Shown: piece by piece, positions 17,793-26,581 of the stretch
Numbering within the stretch: position 1 is the stretch's first letter
How the letters are laid out: each line of letters begins with the position of its first letter
NCBI GenBank assembly: GCA_021414105.1
Contig: JAIOPB010000059.1
Coordinates: 41,761-73,760 of the forward strand
Source of the DNA: Nitrosarchaeum sp.
GTDB taxonomy: Archaea; Thermoproteota; Nitrososphaeria; Nitrososphaerales; Nitrosopumilaceae
Reading direction: 5' to 3'
Length of the DNA stretch: 32,000 nucleotides
Translations under genes and position numbers: made by a program
Notes under the pieces: generated by a model
Seen by the model: the letters and a program-made list of their open reading frames with translations, nothing else
Databases searched by the model: none
Told to the model about the DNA's origin: nothing

Positions 17793-19121
17793 ATGACTGA
17801 TACACATATCCTGAATATTGGTTTTGATGATACAGATTCCCCAAAAGGAATGTGCACAACTTTTCTTGCTTACAAAATTGTTGATTGGCTAAAAAAACAA
17901 GATACTGAATTTCTTGACTTTCCCAAATTAATCCGATTCAATCCAAATATTCCTTGGAAAACACGAGGTAATGGGGCAGTTTCTCTGCGAATAAGAACAA
18001 AAAATCCATCAAAAATCAAAAACCAAATAAAAAATCTTGTCAAAAAATATTCTGATATAAAAAATGGGGCAAATCCAGGTCTGGTTTTCTATGAGAGTAA
18101 AGAAATTCCAGAACAATTTGCTAGATTCAGCAAACTAGCTTTATGGCAGCTAATAAACAGAAATCTTGCAAAAAAATTTGCTACAAAAAATAACATTGAA
18201 TTTTTTTACCAAGGAAATGGTCAAGGCCTTGTAGGTGCAATTGGTGCAATAGGTTATGATTTTAAAGATCATACATTGGAGCTATTAAGTTATAGAAAAA
18301 ATTCTAAATTTGGAAAAGCAAGAAAACTTTCTGCTAAAAGTGTAAAAACAATGCAAGAAAAAACATTGCCTTATACATTTAACAGCTTTGATAACAAAAA
18401 AGATAGAGTCTTAATTACTCCTCATGGTCCTGATCCTGTTTTTTATGGAGTACGTGGTGAAAATATAGATTCGTTACTACACGCAACAAAAATTTTGGAA
18501 ACTAGTGAAAAATTAGCAGGTTACATGATATTCAAATCTAATCAAGGTACAGGTGATCACTTAAAAAATGAATTTAATTCAACAAATATCAGACCTTATG
18601 CTTCAGGAAAAATTACTGGGATTATATCTGATGAACCAAAAATTGTAAAAGGTGGCCATGTTTTTTTCTCTATTCTTTCAGATGGATATGAATTACGATG
18701 TGCTGTTTACAAACCAACTGGGATGTCTTCTGTGGCATTAAGTTTGATTAAAGGAGACAAGGTTTGCATTGGCGGTGGTATTAGAAAAGCCTCAAAAAAC
18801 TATCCTAGAATTCTCAATCTTGAGTTTATCGATGTGATTAATCTTGAAAAAAATCTGATAAAATCTAATCCTGTATGTAAAAAATGTGATAAAAAAATGA
18901 AATCAAAAGGAAAAACCCAAGGATATCAATGTACAAAATGCGGTGAAAAATCAGCAAGCAAAGTCACTTTAGAAATACCTAGGAAAATCAAAAAACAATT
19001 GTACATTCCCAATATTTCTGCACACAGACATCTTAGCAGACCATTACAAAGAATTGGAAGAATTAACAAGGAATCAAAATTCGACGAATCGACTTCATGG
19101 TTTTGTGCATATGAAAACTAA
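17793..19121 (+). CDS. tiaS: tRNA(Ile2) 2-agmatinylcytidine synthetase TiaS
   Basis: 442 aa with the N-terminal IGFDDTDSPKGMCTT motif characteristic of TiaS, an OB-fold-length middle region and a C-terminal zinc ribbon CKKCDKK...CTKCG. Confidence 0.85.
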   Translation: MTDTHILNIGFDDTDSPKGMCTTFLAYKIVDWLKKQDTEFLDFPKLIRFNPNIPWKTRGNGAVSLRIRTKNPSKIKNQIKNLVKKYSDIKNGANPGLVFYESKEIPEQFARFSKLALWQLINRNLAKKFATKNNIEFFYQGNGQGLVGAIGAIGYDFKDHTLELLSYRKNSKFGKARKLSAKSVKTMQEKTLPYTFNSFDNKKDRVLITPHGPDPVFYGVRGENIDSLLHATKILETSEKLAGYMIFKSNQGTGDHLKNEFNSTNIRPYASGKITGIISDEPKIVKGGHVFFSILSDGYELRCAVYKPTGMSSVALSLIKGDKVCIGGGIRKASKNYPRILNLEFIDVINLEKNLIKSNPVCKKCDKKMKSKGKTQGYQCTKCGEKSASKVTLEIPRKIKKQLYIPNISAHRHLSRPLQRIGRINKESKFDESTSWFCAYEN

Positions 19122-19122
19122 G

Positions 19123-19212
19123 TAGCGGGGAGTAGATTTGAACTACTGAACTGCGGGTTATGAGCCCGCCGGGATGACTTAGCCCTAAAGAGTCTGGCTT
19201 CCCCACCCCGCT
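19123..19212 (-). tRNA. Initiator tRNA-Met (anticodon CAT) with an insertion of about 15 nt in the D-loop (probable non-canonical intron); no encoded CCA
   Basis: The reverse complement folds by hand as follows. Acceptor AGCGGGG/CCCCGCT has an A1:U72 pair and discriminator A. D-stem is GGGA/TCCC. Anticodon stem GCGGG/CCCGC has three consecutive G:C pairs next to loop CTCATAA. Variable loop is AGTTC and T-arm is AGTAG-TTCAAAT-CTACT. The D-loop is 25 nt (AGCCAGACTCTTTAGGGCTAAGTCA) versus the usual 8-11 nt. Confidence 0.85.
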
Positions 19213-19234
19213 GACTCATAAATGAGTATGAGCC

Positions 19235-19240
19235 TATATA
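19235..19240 (-). promoter_or_regulatory. TATA box (TATATA) with purine-rich BRE-like flank for the tRNA gene
   Basis: On the minus strand it reads AAAGCGTATATAGG. Its centre is about 25 nt upstream of tRNA position 1 (19212). Confidence 0.55.
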
Positions 19241-19294
19241 CGCTTTATCAAATTCTTGAAAGTAATTAATATGATTTGAAATGATTCATTTTTT

Positions 19295-20389
19295 GTGGAC
19301 AAAAAACTACGAATTGCTGGAATTATTGCGGCACTAGCATTTTCAATATTTTATTTGACATCATCCTCTGATCCTTTACCAATTCCTGAACCACCTTCAT
19401 CAAAACCTGAAAATAATTCTGTAGAAACTTTGGCAGAAAATCTAGACGAGCCAAGATCAATTGCAGTTTCAGATAACAGAATTTTTGTAACTGAAAAAGA
19501 TGGACTAATTAGAGTTATTCAAAATAATGTTTTATTAGATGAACCATTAGCTACATTACGTCCTGCAAATGTATTTGATGGTGGATTATTGGGAATTACG
19601 CTTCATCCTGATTTTTCTAACAATCATCTCATCTATGTTTTTTTTACCTATGAAGAAGATGGAAAACTTTGGAATAAAATACTACAAATTACTGAATCAG
19701 AAAATAAACTAAAAGACGCAAAAACAATTTTTGATAAAATACCTGGCTATGTATTTACTAATGTTGGATTTTTAAAATTTGGTCCTGATAACAAATTGTA
19801 TGTAGGAACTGGAACTGTTTCTGATTCTTCACATCTGCCTCAAGATCTTGATTCATTATCTGGAAAAATTCTACGATTAAACGATGACGGTACTATCCCT
19901 GAAGACAATCCTTTCCCAAATTCCCCCGTATACTCATTAGGGCATAGAAATCCACAAGGAATGACTTGGGATGATATGGGTCAGATGTATCTGGCCGAAC
20001 TTGGACCTGAAAAAAACGATGAGATTAACCTCATTAAACCAGGAAAAAACTATGGTTGGCCTGAGCAGCAATGCACAGGGGATGAAAAATTTGAAAACGC
20101 AATAATGTGCTATGATCCAAGTATTGAACCTGGTGGAATACTCTTCTATTCTGGTGATAAAATAAACTTGGAGGCTAATTTTGTTATGGCTTCACTTAGA
20201 GCCACTAATCTATATCAAGTAGATTTTGCTGATGGTCTAAACTCTCAGAAAGTCATTCTAAGCGGGGCTGGGCGTATACGAGATGTAGTGCAAAGTCCAG
20301 ATGGAGGTCTTTATGTAATTACTTCAAATACTGATGGAAAAGGTTTTCCAGACAGCATGGATGATAAACTATTGAGGATATTAAAATGA
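19295..20389 (+). CDS. PQQ-dependent sugar dehydrogenase family protein (soluble glucose/sorbosone dehydrogenase-like beta-propeller), membrane-anchored or secreted
   Basis: 364 aa with a GTG start and an N-terminal hydrophobic helix IAGIIAALAFSIFYL. It has the family motifs LGHRNPQG and GKNYGWPE. Confidence 0.8.
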   Translation: MDKKLRIAGIIAALAFSIFYLTSSSDPLPIPEPPSSKPENNSVETLAENLDEPRSIAVSDNRIFVTEKDGLIRVIQNNVLLDEPLATLRPANVFDGGLLGITLHPDFSNNHLIYVFFTYEEDGKLWNKILQITESENKLKDAKTIFDKIPGYVFTNVGFLKFGPDNKLYVGTGTVSDSSHLPQDLDSLSGKILRLNDDGTIPEDNPFPNSPVYSLGHRNPQGMTWDDMGQMYLAELGPEKNDEINLIKPGKNYGWPEQQCTGDEKFENAIMCYDPSIEPGGILFYSGDKINLEANFVMASLRATNLYQVDFADGLNSQKVILSGAGRIRDVVQSPDGGLYVITSNTDGKGFPDSMDDKLLRILK

Positions 20390-21642
20390 GTGATTCATCA
20401 ATTTCAAAATTTTTTGAAAAAACTAGAAAAGAACGATTAGATATTGTTGGCAGTTTTGCAAATTTGTCTGCCGAAGAATTAGAAATTTTACAAAATAATA
20501 ATGGTGGTATATCTTTTGAAAAAGCTGATAAAATGGTGGAAAATGCAATTGGCACTTTCTCATTACCTTTAGGAGTAGCAACTAGTTTTAAGATTAATCA
20601 AAAAGACTATCTTATTCCAATGGTCATTGAAGAGCCATCAGTAATTGCAGCAGCATCAAAAGGCGCAAAAATTGCAAGAATCAGAGGAGGATTTGAAGCA
20701 ACAGCTGATGAATCTTACAGTATTGGACAAATTCAAGTATTGGACACTGATATCAAATTGGCAGTAAAAAAAATACAAGAGTCTTCCAAAGAAATCATCA
20801 ACCTTGCAAATTCAAAGAGCAACACATTATCTAAAATGAATAAAGGCGCAAAAGAAGTATCTTGTAAGGAAGTTGACACTCCTTTGGGAAAAATGCTGAT
20901 TGTTGAATTATTAATTGATGTTGGTGATGCAATGGGGGCAAATATTACAAATACAATGTGTGAATCTGTTTCACCGTTACTAGAAAAAATTACTGGAGGA
21001 AGAACATTACTTCGTATTTTATCAAATTACTCCATACAAAGAATAGCAAAAGCAACAGCAGTTTTTGATAAAAAAGAAGTTGGAGGTGAAAATGTGGTTG
21101 ATGATATTATCTTGGCGTATCAGTTTGCAGACAATGATGTTTACAGAGCAGTAACTCATAACAAAGGAATCATGAATGGTATCATAGCTGTTGCCAATGC
21201 AACAGGCCAAGATAGCAGGGCAATTGAGGCAGCTGCAAATGCATATGCTGCAAGATCTGGTCAATATCGCTCTCTTAGCAAATGGACTAAAGATCGTGAG
21301 GGAAATCTTGTTGGATCTTTAGAATTACCCCTATCTGTTGGCATAGTTGGAGGAATTGCCAATGTTCATCCAATTGCTAAAGTTTGTATGAAAATTCTCA
21401 AAGTTTCTTCTGCTCAAGAACTTGCATGTATAATGACTGCTACTGGTCTTGCCCAAAATTATAGCGCCATTAGAGCATTAGTAACTGAAGGAATTCAGAA
21501 AGGACACATGAGATTACATGCAAGAAATTTGGCTACCGCGGCAGGAGCAAAACCTGATCAAGTAGATAAAATTGTACAGAAAATGATTGAGGAAAAGAAA
21601 ATTTCACTTGATAGAGCTAAAGAATTACTAGAGCAAATTTAA
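20386..21642 (+). CDS. hmgA: 3-hydroxy-3-methylglutaryl-CoA reductase, class II-like
   Basis: 418 aa. ENAIGTFSLPLGVA, EEPSVIAAAS, DAMGAN, THNKGIMNG and TEGIQKGHMRLHARN align closely with my memory of the Pseudomonas mevalonii class II enzyme. Confidence 0.95.
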   Translation: MSDSSISKFFEKTRKERLDIVGSFANLSAEELEILQNNNGGISFEKADKMVENAIGTFSLPLGVATSFKINQKDYLIPMVIEEPSVIAAASKGAKIARIRGGFEATADESYSIGQIQVLDTDIKLAVKKIQESSKEIINLANSKSNTLSKMNKGAKEVSCKEVDTPLGKMLIVELLIDVGDAMGANITNTMCESVSPLLEKITGGRTLLRILSNYSIQRIAKATAVFDKKEVGGENVVDDIILAYQFADNDVYRAVTHNKGIMNGIIAVANATGQDSRAIEAAANAYAARSGQYRSLSKWTKDREGNLVGSLELPLSVGIVGGIANVHPIAKVCMKILKVSSAQELACIMTATGLAQNYSAIRALVTEGIQKGHMRLHARNLATAAGAKPDQVDKIVQKMIEEKKISLDRAKELLEQI

Positions 21643-21650
21643 ACATCCAA

Positions 21651-21658
21651 TTATATAG
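21651..21658 (+). promoter_or_regulatory. TATA-like element TTATATAG, candidate his-operon promoter
   Basis: It lies 9 nt after the hmgA stop. Its centre is about 26 nt upstream of ATG 21681 (MSQVKFAIPKG), consistent with a leaderless hisG mRNA. Confidence 0.5.
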
Positions 21659-21680
21659 ATAAAAAGTGAAAAAATCAGCA

Positions 21681-22658
21681 ATGTCTCAGGTAAAATTCGC
21701 TATACCAAAAGGCAGTCTTGAAGAGGCAACCTTCAAACTTCTTGAGAGATCATGGACTAAAGTAAATAGAAAAGACAGAACATATCGAGTGTATCTTGAT
21801 GATCCAAACATTGTTGTAAAAATGCTCAGACCACAAGAAATTCCAACACTAGTAGCTGAAGGATTGTATGATGTTGGTATAACTGGAAAGGACTGGGTTG
21901 GTGAAACTAAAGCAGATGTTGAAGCAATATTGGATTTAGAGTATGGAAAAATTCGACTAGTTGTTGCATTTCCTGACAAATATCACTACAAAAATCTAGA
22001 TGAAATGATAGCAGACTATGCTAAAAAGAAAAAAACACTTCGTATATCATCTGAGTATCTTACTACTGCATCAAAATTTCTAAAACAATGTAAATCTTAT
22101 AAAAAATATTTTGGCACAAAAGATCCATTAATTGTGACACCTTGGGTTAGACTTGGTACAAACAAAAGTGTTCAAATTCATTTATCGTTTGGTGCTACAG
22201 AAGCAAAACCCCCTGAAGATGTTGATGCAATAATGGATGTCACTGAGACTGGAACTACACTAAAACAAAATAAATTAAAAATAGTTGATGAGATTCTAAC
22301 GTCCACTGCACATTTGATTGTTAACAAAAAATCTTTACGGGATCCACAAAAACGTGAAAAAATATTTGATATTGTAACTTTAATGCGAGGTGCTGTACGT
22401 GGAAGAAAATATCTCCACATTTACCTTAATGTAGAAGAAAAGAATCTCAAAAAACTCCTAGAGCAGATACCTTCTCTTAAAAAACCAACAATAAGTCCAC
22501 TTAGCGAAAAAGGATGGTATGGAATAAACACAGTTATTCAAAAAGAAGACTTTCACAAACTAATTCCAAAACTAAGAAAAATTGCACAGGGATTGGTAGT
22601 TCATGAACCACGACAAATTCTCGAGCTAGAGGAGATTAAGCGTGATGAAGAAAATTGA
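21681..22658 (+). CDS. hisG: ATP phosphoribosyltransferase (long form with C-terminal regulatory domain)
   Basis: FAIPKGSLEE N-terminus and the DVTETGTTLKQNKL signature. The ORF track starts at GTG 21666, but that codon lies only about 11 nt from the TATA-like element, so ATG 21681 is preferred. Confidence 0.9.
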   Translation: MSQVKFAIPKGSLEEATFKLLERSWTKVNRKDRTYRVYLDDPNIVVKMLRPQEIPTLVAEGLYDVGITGKDWVGETKADVEAILDLEYGKIRLVVAFPDKYHYKNLDEMIADYAKKKKTLRISSEYLTTASKFLKQCKSYKKYFGTKDPLIVTPWVRLGTNKSVQIHLSFGATEAKPPEDVDAIMDVTETGTTLKQNKLKIVDEILTSTAHLIVNKKSLRDPQKREKIFDIVTLMRGAVRGRKYLHIYLNVEEKNLKKLLEQIPSLKKPTISPLSEKGWYGINTVIQKEDFHKLIPKLRKIAQGLVVHEPRQILELEEIKRDEEN

Positions 22659-23929
22659 TGAAAATAATTCAAGTAGCTAATGTTGAAAAATTTGTAGCTC
22701 AAGTATTACCAAAACAGCCACAAAAAAACAAGTCTATAGTGGAATCTATTTTAAAAAATGTACAAAAAAATGGAGATTCCACCATAAAAAAATATGAGAA
22801 TAAATTCAGTGGTGCTAAAATCACTTCATTACGTTTATCAAAAACTGAAATAAAAGATGCATTTTCTAAAGTATCTAAAAATAAAATAGATGCAATACAA
22901 TTATCTAAATCAAGACTGGAGAAAACTGAGTCTGCTGTAAAATCCATCTTAAAAAACAAGTCTATTAACACAGACGGAATTAAAATTTCAAAGAAATTTG
23001 TACCGATCCAAAGTGTGGGATGTTACATTCCAGGTGGTTTAGCAAGATATCCGAGCTCTGTTATAATGTCTGTAATTCCTGCAAAAATTGCAGGAGTCAA
23101 GAGAATAGTAGTTGTATCTCCTCCTAATTCTGATGGAAAAATTGATCCATTAACTATTGTAGCTGCAGATCTATGTGGTGCAAATGAAATTTACAGAGTT
23201 GGCGGTGCTCAAGCAATTGCCGCATTATCTTTTGGCACAAAATCAATATCTAAAGTAGATAAAATAGTTGGACCCGGTGGTCCATTTGTAACACTTGCCA
23301 AGTCAATGGTTAGCGAGAGAACAGCAATTGATATGCTTGCGGGTCCTACCGAATTAGGAATTATTGCAGATGCAACTGCAAATCCAAGATATATTGCACT
23401 GGATCTCATCTCACAATCAGAGCATAGCAATGATACTTTTTGTTATTTGATAACAAATTCAGAAAAACTTGCAAAATCAGTAGATAAAATTATCACAGAT
23501 TTATCTAAGAAAATAAAGAGAAATAATTTTGTAAAAACCAGTCTTAAAGAAAATGGCTTTATTGCAATATGCAAAAATAATTCTGATATGATAAAACTTG
23601 CAAATGAATTGGCTCCGGAACACATACAAATTATGACAAAAAATCCCAATGCTTTTGCATCAAAAATCACTTCTTCTGGATTAATACTGCTAGGAAATGA
23701 CACTCCATCATCTGCAAGTGACTATCTTTTAGGCTCAAATCATATTTTGCCCACAAATGGATTTGGTAAAACAAGAGGATCGCTTTCAGTTTTGGATTTT
23801 ATCAAGGTAGACACTCAGATATCTGCTTCAAAGTCAGTTTTATCAAAAATTTCAAAACATATGAAAATATTTACCGAAGCAGAAGGACTTCCAAATCACT
23901 ATGAAGCAGTACGAGGTAGAATACAATGA
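22658..23929 (+). CDS. hisD: Histidinol dehydrogenase
   Basis: GGAQAIAA, GPGGPFV, SQSEHS and APEHIQI motifs. ATG 22658 overlaps the hisG TGA (TGATG). TTG 22655 is the alternative start. Confidence 0.95.
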   Translation: MKIIQVANVEKFVAQVLPKQPQKNKSIVESILKNVQKNGDSTIKKYENKFSGAKITSLRLSKTEIKDAFSKVSKNKIDAIQLSKSRLEKTESAVKSILKNKSINTDGIKISKKFVPIQSVGCYIPGGLARYPSSVIMSVIPAKIAGVKRIVVVSPPNSDGKIDPLTIVAADLCGANEIYRVGGAQAIAALSFGTKSISKVDKIVGPGGPFVTLAKSMVSERTAIDMLAGPTELGIIADATANPRYIALDLISQSEHSNDTFCYLITNSEKLAKSVDKIITDLSKKIKRNNFVKTSLKENGFIAICKNNSDMIKLANELAPEHIQIMTKNPNAFASKITSSGLILLGNDTPSSASDYLLGSNHILPTNGFGKTRGSLSVLDFIKVDTQISASKSVLSKISKHMKIFTEAEGLPNHYEAVRGRIQ

Positions 23930-24996
23930 AAAAAGACTGGCTTGACAAAAAAATTAAAGAATTTTCTTCTATTGGAGGATATCAAAAACCAGAGCTACAT
24001 CCTGACGCACTTAAACTTGATTCTAATGAAAACTATGTTATCTCTAAACAACTCCAACAAGATCTAATTACTAATGCCAAAAAAAATTGTGATGTAAGAG
24101 AATATCCTTTGGGCGGAGTAGAACGTTTGATCAATCAGCTATCGAAATTTCTTAAAGTACACCCTTCTATGATCGGAGTTGGAAATGGCTCTGATCAAAT
24201 ACTGGATTTAATACTTTCAAATTTTGCCTCAAAGCAAACCCAAGTTCTTACGTCAAATCCCACATTTGGATTTTTTGAAGAAAGATGTAAACTGTACTCT
24301 ATTCCTGTTACTGCAATTCCTTTTTCAAATGATATGACACTAGATGTCAAAGAATTTCTCAAAGTATCTAAAAACGCTGATATCTTGTATCTTGATTCTC
24401 CAAACAATCCAACTGGATTTCAGTTCCAAAAAAATGATTTACAAAAATTAGTAAAATCCTTTAATGGCTTAATAATAATCGATGAAGCATACGGTGAATT
24501 TGGCGATTTTTCTTTATCTAATATGGTAAAATCCCAAGAAAATCTAATTGTTGTACAAACACTCTCAAAATCATTTGGTTTAGCTGGTTTAAGATTAGGA
24601 TATTTTATTGCAAACAAAAAATTTACAGACGCTTTTAATCATGTCTTACAATATCCATATCCAGTTAGTATCCTTACAATTGAATCTGCAATTTTAGCAT
24701 TGGAGCAATCTGCTCAAATGAAAGATGCCGTCCAAATAATTAAAGAAGAGCGAAAAAGAATAATTGAAAACCTTAGAAAATATGATGCCTTTGAAGTCTT
24801 TGATTCCAAGGCTAATTTTGTACTATTTGATGCCCATGGCTCTCACAAAAGAGTCTATGATGCCCTTGCAGAACAAGGAATATCGATTAGAAAATTAGGA
24901 AAAATTGGAAAACATGATGGCTGCCTTAGAGTTACAGTTGGAACTAAGGAAATGAACTCTAAATTTTTACTTGCAATTCGTGATTTGTTAGGATAA
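23926..24996 (+). CDS. hisC: Histidinol-phosphate aminotransferase
   Basis: 356 aa with LDSNEN, PNNPTG and the PLP-lysine motif LSKSFGLAGLRLGY. ATGA overlap with hisD. Confidence 0.95.
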   Translation: MKKDWLDKKIKEFSSIGGYQKPELHPDALKLDSNENYVISKQLQQDLITNAKKNCDVREYPLGGVERLINQLSKFLKVHPSMIGVGNGSDQILDLILSNFASKQTQVLTSNPTFGFFEERCKLYSIPVTAIPFSNDMTLDVKEFLKVSKNADILYLDSPNNPTGFQFQKNDLQKLVKSFNGLIIIDEAYGEFGDFSLSNMVKSQENLIVVQTLSKSFGLAGLRLGYFIANKKFTDAFNHVLQYPYPVSILTIESAILALEQSAQMKDAVQIIKEERKRIIENLRKYDAFEVFDSKANFVLFDAHGSHKRVYDALAEQGISIRKLGKIGKHDGCLRVTVGTKEMNSKFLLAIRDLLG

Positions 24997-25967
24997 TGTT
25001 AACAAAAAAACAATCCGGAATCTATATGGATGATTCTATTTCAAATGATTTGTTATCCATAGATGGAATAGTCTTTGATTGTGATGGTGTTTTAATCGAT
25101 ATTACAAAATCTTATGATCTTGCAATAGATAAAACTGTGAAATATGTTTTAGAAAATTTTTCTCAAATTACTGACTGTATTGAAATTGATTCAAAAATTA
25201 TTGATGGATTCAAATCTAGTGGTGGATTTAATGATGAAGTTGATTTAACATATGTAGCAATTCTTTCTTTAATAGCTGCAAAAAAATTAAACAAAAATCA
25301 ACATGAGTTTATTTTTGATGTAATATCTAATGCTGATTCTTCTGGAATTTCATCTGTAGAAAAATATCTTGAGAAACTTGTAGATATAAGTGATATTAAA
25401 AACAAACTATCATATCCTGGAACTCATAATGATAATTCATTATACAAAATATTTGATCAAATATTTTATGGACCAGAACTCTATAGTAAACTCTTCAAAC
25501 AATCATCTCAATTTTCAGAATATGGTTTGATAGAAAATGATATTCTTATTGTGAATAAATCTCTAATTGAAAAACTAGAAAAAAGATTTACTTCAAAACT
25601 TTCAATTGTATCTGGACGAGGAAAAGAATCAATTCGATATTCTCTCAAACTATTATTGGATAAATTTGATCTGAAAAACTCTGCATTCTTAGAAGATGAA
25701 CCAAGAGAACTTGCAAAACCCAATCCTGAATCTTTAGTTAGTTCAATTAATGGCATGAATTGTAGTCATTGTATTTACGTTGGAGACTCGATGGAGGATT
25801 TTATCATGGCTAAAAAGGCCACAGAGCAAGGCTGCAAAACCATCTTTTGTGGAATTATAGGAACCAGCAAAAACCCACAAGACAAACTGGAATTATTTCA
25901 GCGCAATGGGGCTTTGTTGGTATTGGAATCTATCAATTTACTTCCGAAGGTATTAAATTTAGAATAA
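24996..25967 (+). CDS. HAD-superfamily hydrolase with unusually large cap insertion; candidate histidinol-phosphate phosphatase
   Basis: All four HAD motifs are present: [37 protein letters not shown]. About 170 aa separate motifs I and II. The start ATG overlaps the hisC TAA by 1 nt (TAATG). The phosphatase role is inferred from operon position only. Confidence 0.85.
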   Translation: MLTKKQSGIYMDDSISNDLLSIDGIVFDCDGVLIDITKSYDLAIDKTVKYVLENFSQITDCIEIDSKIIDGFKSSGGFNDEVDLTYVAILSLIAAKKLNKNQHEFIFDVISNADSSGISSVEKYLEKLVDISDIKNKLSYPGTHNDNSLYKIFDQIFYGPELYSKLFKQSSQFSEYGLIENDILIVNKSLIEKLEKRFTSKLSIVSGRGKESIRYSLKLLLDKFDLKNSAFLEDEPRELAKPNPESLVSSINGMNCSHCIYVGDSMEDFIMAKKATEQGCKTIFCGIIGTSKNPQDKLELFQRNGALLVLESINLLPKVLNLE

Positions 25968-25993
25968 GACAAAGCACAGCTCCTGTGAAAAAT

Positions 25994-26581
25994 ATGACGC
26001 CCAGAAAAAGCTCTGTAAACCGTAGTACAAAAGAAACCAGCGTATCTGTATCTGTTAATTTGGATGGAGCTGGAAAAACCACAATTCAAACTGGAATTAA
26101 TTTTCTTGATCATCTAATCACATCCTTTGGAAAACACGGGATGATGGATCTTAAGGTTAGTGCAAAATCAAATGATAAAATCACACACCACTTGATTGAA
26201 GATACTGCAATTACTATAGGCTTGGCCATTGACAAAGCTCTGGGAACAAGACGCGGCATTACTAGATTTAGTTATGCATCTGTACCAATGGATGAATCTC
26301 TAGCTGAGGCTTCAATTGATCTAGTAAAAAGACCATTTTGGAAACTAGTCTTGTCAATTAAACGAAATACAATTGAAGACATCTCAAAAGAAGATTTGGA
26401 ACATTTTTTCCAATCGCTTCTTCAAAACCTAAACAGCTGTATTCATCTTACTGTAAAGTATGGAGACAATGATCATCACAAAGTAGAAGCTGCCATAAAA
26501 TCACTAGCTGTTGCATTTAGAGAAGCATCTTCATACGACAAAAAACAAAAAGGCATTCCTAGTACAAAAGGTTCAATGTAA
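25994..26581 (+). CDS. hisB: Imidazoleglycerol-phosphate dehydratase
   Basis: [27 protein letters not shown] and the NDHHKVEA metal motifs. I chose ATG 25994. The ORF-track start at 25847 would add 49 non-homologous residues overlapping the HAD gene. Confidence 0.93.
   Translation: MTPRKSSVNRSTKETSVSVSVNLDGAGKTTIQTGINFLDHLITSFGKHGMMDLKVSAKSNDKITHHLIEDTAITIGLAIDKALGTRRGITRFSYASVPMDESLAEASIDLVKRPFWKLVLSIKRNTIEDISKEDLEHFFQSLLQNLNSCIHLTVKYGDNDHHKVEAAIKSLAVAFREASSYDKKQKGIPSTKGSM

Noticed and set aside
19123-19212. The CAT-anticodon tRNA next to tiaS could be tRNA-Ile2, the substrate whose C34 TiaS converts to agmatidine. That would make an enzyme-substrate gene pair.
   Set aside because: The tRNA has an A1:U72 terminal pair and three consecutive G:C pairs closing the anticodon stem. 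These are the hallmarks of archaeal/eukaryal initiator tRNA-Met, not of tRNA-Ile2. The adjacency is most likely coincidental.
19123-19294. The tRNA gene as an integration site for a genomic island or provirus.
   Set aside because: There is no integrase, and I spotted no duplicated tRNA 3' segment. The flanking genes (tiaS, PQQ dehydrogenase, hmgA, his operon) are housekeeping genes of the same composition.
21666-21680. GTG 21666 as the hisG start.
   Set aside because: It lies only about 11 nt from the TATA-like element at 21651-21658, so it is probably not transcribed. ATG 21681 sits at the canonical distance of about 26 nt and yields a typical HisG N-terminus.
25847-25993. The ORF-track start of hisB at 25847, which would give a 244-aa protein overlapping the HAD gene by 121 nt.
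   Set aside because: The first 49 residues have no IGPD homology and overlap the conserved C-terminus of the HAD protein. Homology begins right after ATG 25994 ([17 protein letters not shown]...).
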